Below, piece after piece: positions 16,540 to 26,085 of a DNA stretch of 54,060 nucleotides (positions within the stretch are counted from its first letter, which is position 1; each line of letters starts with the position of its first letter). The notes below the pieces were generated by a model. The model saw only the letters and a program-made list of their open reading frames with translations, had not been told where the DNA came from and did no database searches. The stretch is from positions 1-54,060 of IMG/VR virus record IMGVR_UViG_3300037280_000066. One strand, 5' to 3'. Made by a program: the position numbers and the translations under genes. This stretch comes from a virus (taxonomy: Duplodnaviria; Heunggongvirae; Uroviricota; Caudoviricetes).

Positions 16540-17280
16540 ATGACAATGAGAAAATATGTATTAAAAAGAGATGCACAGGATGAAAGAGACTTGCAGTTTA
16601 TGCATAGTATTAATCCTCATGCAAGTGTTAAATTGCCCTCAAAGGTAGATTTAAGGTCTAATTGCCCACCTATATTTGACCAAGGACAATTAGGTTCATG
16701 TACTGCTAATGCAGGGGTAGCCTGTAGACAAATGTTATCAGGTAAACCATTTACTAATCTTTCAAGACTTTTCTTATATTATGAAGAAAGAGTAATTGAG
16801 GGAAGTGTAAAACAGGATGCAGGTGCTAGTATGAGAGATATATGTAAGGCACTTGCTACTTATGGAGTTTGTCAAGAGATATTGATGCCTTATGACATTG
16901 CTAAATTTGCAATAGCTCCAAGTGTAAAAGCTGTTCAAGATGCTTTAACTTATAAAATTAGAGCATATAAGAATTTAGGCACATTAACAGAGATACAGCA
17001 AGCATTAGCAATTACTCAGAAGCCAGTATTAATTGGTATGGCAGTATATGAGTCTTTTGAATCAGATGTAGTTGCTAAGACAGGTAAAATGCCAATGCCT
17101 AAAACAAGAGAACAAAATCTTGGTGGACATGCTGTATTAGTTGTTGGTTATGATAATGTAAAGAAAGTATTAATTGTTAGGAACTCATGGGGTGCTACAT
17201 GGGGAGATGCAGGATATTTCTACATGCCTTATGCTTATATTACTAAAGAATTAGCCTATGACTTCTGGACAATAGAGTAG
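16540..17280 (+). CDS. Papain-family (C1A) cysteine peptidase
   Basis: DQGQLGSCTA, GGHAVLVVGY, RNSWG..WGDAGYF. Confidence 0.92.
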   Translation: MTMRKYVLKRDAQDERDLQFMHSINPHASVKLPSKVDLRSNCPPIFDQGQLGSCTANAGVACRQMLSGKPFTNLSRLFLYYEERVIEGSVKQDAGASMRDICKALATYGVCQEILMPYDIAKFAIAPSVKAVQDALTYKIRAYKNLGTLTEIQQALAITQKPVLIGMAVYESFESDVVAKTGKMPMPKTREQNLGGHAVLVVGYDNVKKVLIVRNSWGATWGDAGYFYMPYAYITKELAYDFWTIE

Positions 17281-17439
17281 TCTGTATGGAATGTCCAAAA
17301 TGTGGTAAGAAACAAATATTTAGAACAAAGTTCAAATTAGCACTTAGAAATAAATATAATCAAATCATTGGAACAAAGCCACAATATAGTTGTTTATGTT
17401 GTGGTTTCCAATGGGATATAATAGAGAGGAAGGGAATTT

Positions 17440-18213
17440 ATGGGTGAAATAAATAGTTTTGATAAGGAATACGCATTTTTAAGCAATTTCTTTGAAGCCC
17501 CTGTTGTATATGAAGGTCTTACATATAAAAGCAATGAATCTGCTTTTCAATCTGCTAAAGTGTTGGATATGGAAGAAAGAGAATGCTTTTGTGCATTGAA
17601 TCCTTCTACGGCAAAAAGATTAGGTAGACAAATTGCTTTGCGTAAGGATTGGGAACAAGTCAAAGATAAGGTAATGGAAGATATTGTGAGAGACAAGTTC
17701 ACTAGGCATGGTTACTTAAAAGATAGTTTGTTGAGAACTGGAACAGATAATCTTGTTGAAGGGAATCATTGGAATGACATTTATTGGGGAATTTGTAATG
17801 GTGTTGGTAAAAACATGTTAGGTAAAATTCTTATGAAAATAAGACAGGAATTACTAGATATAGTTGTGAATGAAACCAATACTGACAAACTTATTCAATA
17901 CTATGTTGTAAATGCTGATTTAGGAATGAGTATTGGTAAAACATCAGCACAAGTTGCTCATGCATGTATGATTGATTGTGAAAAATACAGAGGTACAGAG
18001 TTATATGAACAATGGAGAAGAACAGCAATAACTAAGGTAATTTTAAGAGGTACAGAGGAATTATTAATAAAACTACATAATGACTTTGGTTACACTTTGA
18101 TTATTGATAAGGGATGGACTGAGATAGCCCCTGATAGTAAAACTGTTGTTGTTGCTCCTGTAATGTGGAAATCTCAAGCACCAGAAATCATTCAAAAATT
18201 ACGTTTACTATAA
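17440..18213 (+). CDS. NADAR (YbiA-like) domain fused to peptidyl-tRNA hydrolase Pth2
   Basis: FLSNF..E..FQ..K, WEQVK..VM, KF, LVEGN.W.D.YWG, GKNMLGKILM; then VVNADLGMSIGKTSAQVAHA...DKGWTEIAPDSKTV. Confidence 0.85.
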   Translation: MGEINSFDKEYAFLSNFFEAPVVYEGLTYKSNESAFQSAKVLDMEERECFCALNPSTAKRLGRQIALRKDWEQVKDKVMEDIVRDKFTRHGYLKDSLLRTGTDNLVEGNHWNDIYWGICNGVGKNMLGKILMKIRQELLDIVVNETNTDKLIQYYVVNADLGMSIGKTSAQVAHACMIDCEKYRGTELYEQWRRTAITKVILRGTEELLIKLHNDFGYTLIIDKGWTEIAPDSKTVVVAPVMWKSQAPEIIQKLRLL

Positions 18214-18302
18214 ATAATAAAAAATGAGAAAAGGGTATTGACAATACCTTTTTTTTGTTATACAATGGTATAGAAGATAAATATGAATTGGAGGAAATTT
18301 TA

Positions 18303-19010
18303 ATGAGCAAAATAACCATTATTGACGATGAAAGAATCAGAGAAGAACATGAAAGTTTTGGAATGTTGCAGATAGCTAGAATCAATGGTGGCAGAGGTCA
18401 TTTGTTTGGAAGTTCTATTGAACATGGTTCTACTATTAGATTAAGTATACATAATGCATCTGTTGACCGTATGCTTAATAAAGATTGGTATCATCCTAAG
18501 AGTCTAGCCATTATTGAAATTGAAATGTCTAATACACAGTTTGCAGAAGCAATTACAAACTTCAATTGTGGTTCAGGAACACCTGTTACTATTAAACATA
18601 TTAATGGGATAAGAACTGAGGAATGTCCTCATACTAATAAAAGACAACAGTTCCAAGATGAATTTGAAAAAGATATGAGACAATTAGAACAGAGATTAAG
18701 AAAAATGACAGAGACAACAGAAGAAATGCTTAAAAACAAACCAAATATAACCAAGGCTGATAGAACAGCAATACTTAATGAGTTAGCAATGCTTAGACAG
18801 GAAATTAGAAGTAATATTCCTTTCGTAGCATCATCATTTAATGAGCAAATGAGTAAGACCATTTCAGAAGCTAAAGGTGAAGTAGAAGGTTTCATGCAGA
18901 ATAAAATAGTATCACTTGGTTTACAGGAGCTTAAGAAAGAATATCAGCTTAAACCAGTTGATAGAGAAGATGAAAGTGGAGTTATACAATTAGACTCAAT
19001 TAAGGAGTGA
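18303..19010 (+). CDS. Hypothetical phage protein
   Basis: GGAGG RBS before ATG 18303; promoter at 18238-18266. Confidence 0.7.
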   Translation: MSKITIIDDERIREEHESFGMLQIARINGGRGHLFGSSIEHGSTIRLSIHNASVDRMLNKDWYHPKSLAIIEIEMSNTQFAEAITNFNCGSGTPVTIKHINGIRTEECPHTNKRQQFQDEFEKDMRQLEQRLRKMTETTEEMLKNKPNITKADRTAILNELAMLRQEIRSNIPFVASSFNEQMSKTISEAKGEVEGFMQNKIVSLGLQELKKEYQLKPVDREDESGVIQLDSIKE

Positions 19011-19014
19011 TAAA

Positions 19015-19719
19015 ATGTCAGTATTTTTTATAGCAGATACACACTTTGGTCATGCTAATATTATAAAATATGAGAACAGACCATTTACAGATGTTAGCCA
19101 TATGACAGAAAGCATAATAAAAAACTGGAATCAAGCAGTCAAGAAAGATGATAAAGTCTTTCATTTGGGTGATTTTGCCTTTGGAGATAAAGAAATGATT
19201 ACAAATATTGTAAGCAGACTTCATGGACATAAACACTTAATTATGGGAAACCATGATTGTAGAAATACTAAATGGTATAGAGATACAGGGTTCAATGAAG
19301 TTAGTGAATTTCCTATTATCTATAAAGAATTTTTTATGTTGTCCCATGCACCATTATACATAAATGAGAATATGCCTTATGCTAATATTTTTGGTCATGT
19401 ACATTCAAGTCCTGAGTACAAAACAGTAACACCTCAAAGTTATTGTGTGAGTATTGAAAGATTAGGATATGTGCCTATTGAATTTGAAGCCATGACATTA
19501 GCAATGAAAAATTCATATCCACCATCACCAGTATGTGACCTATGGGATGCTCTTAGATGTAAAAGAATGGTACAGTCTAAGGCAGAGTATAAAAGATTGA
19601 TTACGCAGGGTGCTATCACAGTTAATGGCGAAGTCAAGACAGAGATGTTTGGTGAGTTAGTTAATGTTGGTGATGTAATAACTATTGGAAAAAATAGAAC
19701 AATGACAGTAGGTAAATAA
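19015..19719 (+). CDS. Metallophosphoesterase with C-terminal S4-like RNA-binding domain
   Basis: DTHFGH, LGD, GNHD, GHVH; then SKAEYKRLITQGAITVNGE...ITIGK. Confidence 0.8.
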   Translation: MSVFFIADTHFGHANIIKYENRPFTDVSHMTESIIKNWNQAVKKDDKVFHLGDFAFGDKEMITNIVSRLHGHKHLIMGNHDCRNTKWYRDTGFNEVSEFPIIYKEFFMLSHAPLYINENMPYANIFGHVHSSPEYKTVTPQSYCVSIERLGYVPIEFEAMTLAMKNSYPPSPVCDLWDALRCKRMVQSKAEYKRLITQGAITVNGEVKTEMFGELVNVGDVITIGKNRTMTVGK

Positions 19720-19720
19720 T

Positions 19721-19909
19721 ATGAGGAATCCAGAGAGAATTGACATATTGTTGGAAAAGGTCAGGGAGTTATGGAAATTAAGCCCTGACCTAAGATTTGG
19801 GCAATTAGTATATATTTTAGCTAATCAATCTAAGATTGACCAATTTAATATTGAGGATGATGAATGGCTCAAGATACTTGATACTGTTATAGAGAGGTAT
19901 AAAAAATGA
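19721..19909 (+). CDS. Small YihD/DUF1040-like protein
   Basis: MRNPERI...W...PDLRFGQL. Confidence 0.55.
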   Translation: MRNPERIDILLEKVRELWKLSPDLRFGQLVYILANQSKIDQFNIEDDEWLKILDTVIERYKK

Positions 19910-20415
19910 TATATGAAATGAATAAGACACTAGAAGTGACTAATAAAGCCACTGCTGAGATTGTTGCTTATTTTAGTAAACTTCCATCTGTATTACGAAT
20001 TGAAAACGTAGAAGAATATCGTGCTTATCAAGTTAAAGATATTGATTTACTTATGAAAATTAAAGTAAAAGATGGAAGTGAAATTACTAAATCTATCGAA
20101 ATAAAGGCTGATAGATGGTATAGCACAGGTAATTACTTTTTTGAAACTATTAGTAATTATGAAAAGAAAACTTTAGGATGTTTTATGTACACAGAAGCAG
20201 ACTTATTGTTTTATTATTTTACTGACCCTAAAGAACTTCATATATTACCAATGCCACAAACGAGAGATTGGTTCTTGGAAAATCAAAAAAGGTTTGAAAT
20301 CAAAGTAGTTAATACGGCAGTCATGGGAGATTCTTATTCATCACAGGGTAGAATAGTCCCAAGACATATAGTACAAAGGGAAGTTGATAATGTTAAGATA
20401 ATCAAAATTACATAA
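19906..20415 (+). CDS. Putative PD-(D/E)xK nuclease-fold protein
   Basis: DIDLL...IEIKAD..TGNYFFE. Confidence 0.55.
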   Translation: MIYEMNKTLEVTNKATAEIVAYFSKLPSVLRIENVEEYRAYQVKDIDLLMKIKVKDGSEITKSIEIKADRWYSTGNYFFETISNYEKKTLGCFMYTEADLLFYYFTDPKELHILPMPQTRDWFLENQKRFEIKVVNTAVMGDSYSSQGRIVPRHIVQREVDNVKIIKIT

Positions 20416-20455
20416 CATTACCATTGTAAATTAAACTGTATATGATAAAATGTAC

Positions 20456-20558
20456 TTAAGGCAGATGTGTTACAATAACATTTTCCGTCTTAATCCTTCT
20501 TGTAAAAATAGAATCAGTTTTCCTTATTTTAACACCCCTCTCAGGTGTTATTTTTTTT
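20456..20558 (+). ncRNA. Candidate ~100-nt small RNA
   Basis: TTGTAA-N16-TAAAAT with TG, 5' hairpin TTAAGGC/GTCTTAA, terminator TAACACC/GGTGTTA-T8. Confidence 0.5.
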
Positions 20559-20567
20559 GTTTATATG

Positions 20568-20596
20568 TTGACAAGCCAACACCTATCCTGTATAAT
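20568..20596 (+). promoter_or_regulatory. SigA-type promoter
   Basis: TTGACA-N17-TATAAT. Confidence 0.85.
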
Positions 20597-20629
20597 GAAA
20601 GTATACTAATTAAGGGAGATGATTTGTTT

Positions 20630-21208
20630 ATGAACGATACAAACAAAATGTTTTGGGAGAATGTACATAGAAATAATGATAGAAAGAATATCTTTTTTGC
20701 TAAGAGTAGGGTTATTGAAGTTAATGTCTCAGAAATTCAATTGAGTGAAAAATGTCATATCAGAGATAATAAGAACTACAATAAAAGGGCTATGCCTAAC
20801 ACTCCAATAGTGGTTAGATATTCTCAAGGGAAATTCTATCTTGTAAGTGGAATAACTGCTTATAAAAAAGCTTTAGATGGTAACATTGAAACTTTAAATG
20901 CTGTTTTATTTCATGGTGGCAGATTGAAATTCTTGAAAACAGTTGGTTTTGAATCATTTAAGGCAATGCCTAAGTATCACACAATGAATATAGATGGTAT
21001 TAATATCACTAATAATTTTATTGAACATCCACCAAAACAACATAAGTTAGATGCTGTTGAAAAGTTTTTTCTACAACATGGCAGATTAGATAAGCCTGTT
21101 ACAGTAACCTATACAAATTTTTTAGTAGATGGTTATGCAAGATATTTAATAGCAAAGAAACATGGATTACAAGATGTTAATGTTGAAATAGTAACTTTTG
21201 GAAAGTAG
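20630..21208 (+). CDS. Protein with tandem ParB/Srx-like domains
   Basis: PIVV...YLVSG and PVTV...LVDGYARY motifs; RBS and promoter place the start at 20630. Confidence 0.6.
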   Translation: MNDTNKMFWENVHRNNDRKNIFFAKSRVIEVNVSEIQLSEKCHIRDNKNYNKRAMPNTPIVVRYSQGKFYLVSGITAYKKALDGNIETLNAVLFHGGRLKFLKTVGFESFKAMPKYHTMNIDGINITNNFIEHPPKQHKLDAVEKFFLQHGRLDKPVTVTYTNFLVDGYARYLIAKKHGLQDVNVEIVTFGK

Positions 21209-22427
21209 GAGGTGAAATATGAAAAAGCAAAAATATAAAGAACATGAAAGTAGGGAAAAGGGCAGAGTTACTGCTGAAAAAATAGGTAGGTATGATAAGA
21301 AATTAGATACAGTAATTGATATCTACTTAGCACAATTTGAAATTGTTACATATAATGATGCTACAGGAAATGTGACTAATTCAAGCTTTGTGTGTATATC
21401 AGATAAAGATACAGAGAGTGGTTTAGCAGAATTTAAGTGTGAGATGGAAGCAATTAAATTTGCTATGAATTACAGGGATAACCTGAATTTAGGATAAGAG
21501 GTGTAGCATGAGGGATTTTGATTTTGAGATATTACAATTGGAAACACAATTAAAAAAGGTGAGAAAAGAAAAAGAAGATGCTAAAAAGGTTACAGCAGAA
21601 GATTTAATGCTTAAATTAAAAACAATATCAGATAATATGTTTTTAAATTTGGTTGAAAATTCTTTAAAAGAGAGAAAAGTCGAAAACCCATCAACTCCAA
21701 ACAAAATGGAGATTGAAAAAATTTATAAGGTAATGACAGGTGCTTTATAATAGGCAGTAAGGGGAGCAGTTTAGAATAGGTGAGTTCATGGAAGAAGAAT
21801 CAATTAAAGAATTAGCCAATACATATAATCTAAAAGCAAAAGTATGGAATGATTTAATTATAGTCACAAGTAAATTTGATGAATGGATAATAGAGGTAAA
21901 GGCTAATTCTTTTGTATTAAAACACCAAAATGTTAAGAGAAATAAAACAGGCAAACATAAAGAACATTTACAAAAAGTATTTACTGATAAGCAATTGAGA
22001 GATGTTCTTAAATTTATTAAAGGTCATGATAAAGATACTATTAAAAAGAAACATACTGAACATGACAGGCTATTTAAGAAATTAGAAGAACATAACAAGA
22101 TGTGTGCTGAACGAAGTAAACAAATAAGGGCTTGACATTGTGGCGAAATATGGTACAATGGGTATAGCAAAGGAGAGATATAATTTTGATTACTTTTATA
22201 GAAGTAATAGAAAAAATTGAAGAACCTATTATAAAAATAAGGGGAATCAATAATAAAGGGGAGTACGTTGAAGTGAGGTTGAAAGGTATAAGTTTAGATG
22301 TGCGAGTATCAAAGAGTGAAGGTGAGCAGATGCGAATGATATATCAGCAAAATTTGATTAAGCCACTAAATTTGAAAGAAATTATTAAGTTTTTAGGTTT
22401 AATGTTACCAGAAAAGGAGGATACTGA

Positions 22428-22955
22428 GTGCAGTCAAGAGAAATTGTAGTAATTAATGGTAGTGGAGGTGTTGGTAAAGACACATTTGTAGACCAATGCA
22501 AGAAATACTGTTATGTAAAGAATATTTCGTCTGTAGATGAAATTAAAGAGGTAGCTAGGATTCTTGGTTGGGATGGTGTCACCAAGGATGAAAAGACAAG
22601 AAAGTTCTTATCAGATTTAAAGTTACTGGCAACAGAGTATAGCAATAGTCCTTTTGAATACATGAAATCTGAAATAGATAAGTTTATGAATGATGATTGT
22701 TTTAACTTCAATTATGGACAAATAAAAGGAATTATTGTATGCCATGTAAGAGAGCCAGAAGAGATTCAAAAAATGAAAGATTACTTCAAATGTAGTACAT
22801 TGCTCATTACAAATAACAGGATTGAGCAAGTAAAAAGTAACATGGCTGATGCAGGAGTTTACAATTTTACATATGATTATACTGTTGATAATAATGGTAC
22901 AATCAATGACTTGCAAGCAAAAGCATTGTTTTTCTTAGATAAAATATTTAAATAA
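22428..22955 (+). CDS. P-loop nucleoside-monophosphate-kinase-like protein
   Basis: INGSGGVGKDT; HVREPEE; YDYTVDNNG. Confidence 0.75.
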   Translation: MQSREIVVINGSGGVGKDTFVDQCKKYCYVKNISSVDEIKEVARILGWDGVTKDEKTRKFLSDLKLLATEYSNSPFEYMKSEIDKFMNDDCFNFNYGQIKGIIVCHVREPEEIQKMKDYFKCSTLLITNNRIEQVKSNMADAGVYNFTYDYTVDNNGTINDLQAKALFFLDKIFK

Positions 22956-22970
22956 CAGGAGGATTGTAAT

Positions 22971-23789
22971 ATGATATTTATTAATGGTGAGGAACTTAAG
23001 TTTACTCTATTCCCAAATGGTGAAACAAATGTTGACCATAAACAATTAGTAGAAGTTGTTGATAGTTTACACCTGAATAAGGTTAAATTCATTTATCAAA
23101 ATGATTTAGATTTGATAAGATTGATGTTTGTTAAACGTTATATGGACAGAATCAAAGTAAAATCAGAGTTGTTAATAACCTATATGCCTTATAGTAGAAT
23201 GGACAGGATAGAGGGAGGTTCAGTATTCACATTAAAATATGTTGCTGACTTTATTAATTCTTTGAATTTTGATAGAGTTGAGATTGTTGAACCACATTCA
23301 GATGTAACCCCTGCATTGATTAATAACGCTATTGAAGTTTATCCTACTGTAAATATATTGTATGATGTAAAAACAAGAGTAGGGTTTAATATCAATACAG
23401 ATTATATTTATTTTCCTGATGCAGGAGCAGAAAAGAGATATAGTAAGAAGATTGGTGGCTTTAATCAATTAGTAGGCTTTAAAAAGAGAGATTTTGAGAC
23501 AGGCAGAATAACTAGTCTACAGGTTTTAGGTGAAATGAAAGGTACTCCAAAAATTATTATGATTGATGATTTGTGTAGTTATGGTGGAACTTTCATGTTA
23601 GGAGCAACAGAATTAAGAAAAATGGGTGCTTCTGAAATTTATTTAGTAGTTGGTCATTGTGAAGATTCTATTTACAAAGGTGATATTTTTAAGACAGATT
23701 TAATTAAGAAGGTATACACTACAAATAGTATCTTGACTAACCTAGAACAGGCTACTTATGAAGGAAAACTTGTAGTATATAACACTTAA
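22971..23789 (+). CDS. Ribose-phosphate pyrophosphokinase-like protein (candidate NARP1 ADPR-PP synthetase)
   Basis: FPNGE, YMPYSRMDR, EPHS, FPDAGA, IDDLCSYGGTF. Confidence 0.85.
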   Translation: MIFINGEELKFTLFPNGETNVDHKQLVEVVDSLHLNKVKFIYQNDLDLIRLMFVKRYMDRIKVKSELLITYMPYSRMDRIEGGSVFTLKYVADFINSLNFDRVEIVEPHSDVTPALINNAIEVYPTVNILYDVKTRVGFNINTDYIYFPDAGAEKRYSKKIGGFNQLVGFKKRDFETGRITSLQVLGEMKGTPKIIMIDDLCSYGGTFMLGATELRKMGASEIYLVVGHCEDSIYKGDIFKTDLIKKVYTTNSILTNLEQATYEGKLVVYNT

Positions 23790-23799
23790 GGAGGTTCGG

Positions 23800-24228
23800 A
23801 TGGATTTTTATCTAGATGAAGAAAATAATGTAAAAAGATTGTTGACAGAGTGGAAGAGGTATGGTAAGATAATAATAGCTTATGACTTTGATTTAACAGT
23901 TTTTGATTTTTTAAACATTGGCATGAAGTTTGATGATGTGATTAATTTACTAAAGCGTTGTGAAAAAGTGGGAGCATACTTCTTAGTTTTTACTTGCAGA
24001 CAAGAAAAGGATTATCCTATTGTCTGCAAATATCTAGAAGATATAAATCTTCCATATAATAAAATCAATGAAAATGTAGATTTTTTAAAAGGTCAAATGA
24101 CAAGCAGAAAGCTTTACTACAATATTTTTCTAGATGATAGGGCAGGATTAACTTCTGCCTATAACATCCTCTTGAAAGCAGTAGAGCATATGGAATATGA
24201 AAGAGGTTATGAAAGACATTGTGTATAA
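23800..24228 (+). CDS. HAD-superfamily hydrolase, capless
   Basis: IAYDFDLTV, FTCR, K..YNIFLDDRAG. Confidence 0.75.
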   Translation: MDFYLDEENNVKRLLTEWKRYGKIIIAYDFDLTVFDFLNIGMKFDDVINLLKRCEKVGAYFLVFTCRQEKDYPIVCKYLEDINLPYNKINENVDFLKGQMTSRKLYYNIFLDDRAGLTSAYNILLKAVEHMEYERGYERHCV

Positions 24229-24265
24229 GTAATAAAAAATATAAGATAAGAAGGAGAGAGACAAA

Positions 24266-26002
24266 ATGAGTAAAGAATTTATTTATCCTGCAACATTACT
24301 CTGTGATTTTTACAAAATTTCACACAAAGACCAGTATCCACAGGGAACAGAGATTATCTATTCAACTTGGACACCTAGAATGAGCAGAATTGAGGGAGCT
24401 GATAAGAAATTAGTTGACCTTGTAATTGCTTTTGGATTCCAAGCATTCATTAAAGAATACTTAATGGATTACTTCACTAAGAACTTCTTTTCAAGACCAA
24501 CAGAAGATGTTGTAGCTGAATACAAGAGGGTTATTCAATATACTCTTGGTATCACTAATCCAGATGCTTCACACATCCAAGCATTACATGAACTTGGTTA
24601 TCTTCCATTAAGAATTAAGGCTGTTAAAGAAGGTACTCATATACCTCTTAGATGCCCAATGCTTACAGTTGAAAACACAAAGCCTGAATTTTTTTGGTTA
24701 ACAAACTACATTGAAACTCTTATGTCATGTGTTATGTGGCAACCAACAACAAGTGCTACAATTGCAAATGAATACAGAAAAATGCTTGATTCATATGCAG
24801 AGAAAACTGGTGGAGATTTAGGTGGAGTTCAATTCCAAGGTCATGATTTTAGTATGCGTGGTATGAGTTCACTTGATTCAGCCAAAGCATCAGGAGCAGG
24901 ACATTTGCTATCATTCTCTGGAACAGATACTATTCCTGCTATATTGTACTTAGAAGAGTTTTACAATGCAGATATCACTAAGGAACTTGTAGGAACATCA
25001 ATCCCTGCTACAGAGCATTCAGTAATGTGTGCCTATGGTCAGGATGAATTGGAATCTTATAGGAGAATTATTACAGAGGTTTATCCATCAGGATTTGCTT
25101 CAATCGTATCTGATACATGGGATTTATGGAGTGTATTATATGATGTAATTGGCAAATTGAAGCCTGAAATCATGGCTAGAGATGGTAAAATAGTAGTAAG
25201 ACCAGACTCTGGTGACCCTGTTGATATCATCTGTGGTTCTATCCAACCAATAGAAGACAAACAATTAACATTAGATAATATAGTAGAATGGTTTAACGAT
25301 GAATCATCAACTTATTTCAATGAAAATTGTGATGGTGATGGTTATGTTGATGAAAAAAGTTATACCTGTAAAATTGATGGCAAATACTATAGAGTTGATT
25401 GTCATGCTAATTTTATATCAGAACGTGGTGGTTATTCAGATTCTAAATATTATACCTTAGATGATGTAGAAATTTCATATATTGAGATTGAACGCACATC
25501 TGAACAGAAGGGTGTAATTGAAATCCTTTGGGAAATATTTGGTGGAACTATCACTGCAAAAGGCTTCAAGCAACTTGATTCACACATTGGATGTATTTAT
25601 GGTGATGCCATAACTATTGATAGATGTAGACAAATCAATGAAAGATTGATGGCTAAAGGCTTTGCTTCTACTAATATGGTATATGGTATTGGTTCATTCA
25701 CATACCAATATAACACAAGGGATACCTTTGGATTTGCTTTAAAGAGTACATTTGCTCAGATTAATGGAGTAACTAAGAACTTATTTAAAGACCCTGTAAC
25801 AGACAAAGCAAACTTTAAGAAGTCTCAAACTGGCTTAGTTGTAGTTACGGAGCAGGAAGGTAAAATTACTTATGTTGATGGTTTAACTCTTGAACAAAGA
25901 GATGCTATGAGACTTGTGGACTTACTTGAAGATGTATTCATTGACGGACAGCTATTAAGAAATGAAACATTGGCTGAAATCAGAGCAAAGGTTAATGAAT
26001 AA
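24266..26002 (+). CDS. nadV: Nicotinamide phosphoribosyltransferase-like protein (candidate NARP1 second enzyme)
   Basis: DFYKISH, HDFSMRG, GTDT, ATEHSVM, VSDTWD, RPDSGDP, IYGDAIT, GIGS. Confidence 0.88.
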   Translation: MSKEFIYPATLLCDFYKISHKDQYPQGTEIIYSTWTPRMSRIEGADKKLVDLVIAFGFQAFIKEYLMDYFTKNFFSRPTEDVVAEYKRVIQYTLGITNPDASHIQALHELGYLPLRIKAVKEGTHIPLRCPMLTVENTKPEFFWLTNYIETLMSCVMWQPTTSATIANEYRKMLDSYAEKTGGDLGGVQFQGHDFSMRGMSSLDSAKASGAGHLLSFSGTDTIPAILYLEEFYNADITKELVGTSIPATEHSVMCAYGQDELESYRRIITEVYPSGFASIVSDTWDLWSVLYDVIGKLKPEIMARDGKIVVRPDSGDPVDIICGSIQPIEDKQLTLDNIVEWFNDESSTYFNENCDGDGYVDEKSYTCKIDGKYYRVDCHANFISERGGYSDSKYYTLDDVEISYIEIERTSEQKGVIEILWEIFGGTITAKGFKQLDSHIGCIYGDAITIDRCRQINERLMAKGFASTNMVYGIGSFTYQYNTRDTFGFALKSTFAQINGVTKNLFKDPVTDKANFKKSQTGLVVVTEQEGKITYVDGLTLEQRDAMRLVDLLEDVFIDGQLLRNETLAEIRAKVNE

Positions 26003-26085
26003 ATAAAAAATAATTATATTGACAATGAATCAACTCTATGATAATCTATTCGTAGAGTTGATTTTATTTTAAGGAGGATTACATA

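Noticed and set aside
20450-20629. N-terminal extension of ORF 20450..21208
   Set aside because: It spans a terminator and a consensus promoter; the RBS supports ATG 20630.
25230-25500. Possible intein in the NAMPT-like gene
   Set aside because: The insertion lacks a C-terminal HN-C/S/T splice junction and is too short; better read as a variable loop domain.
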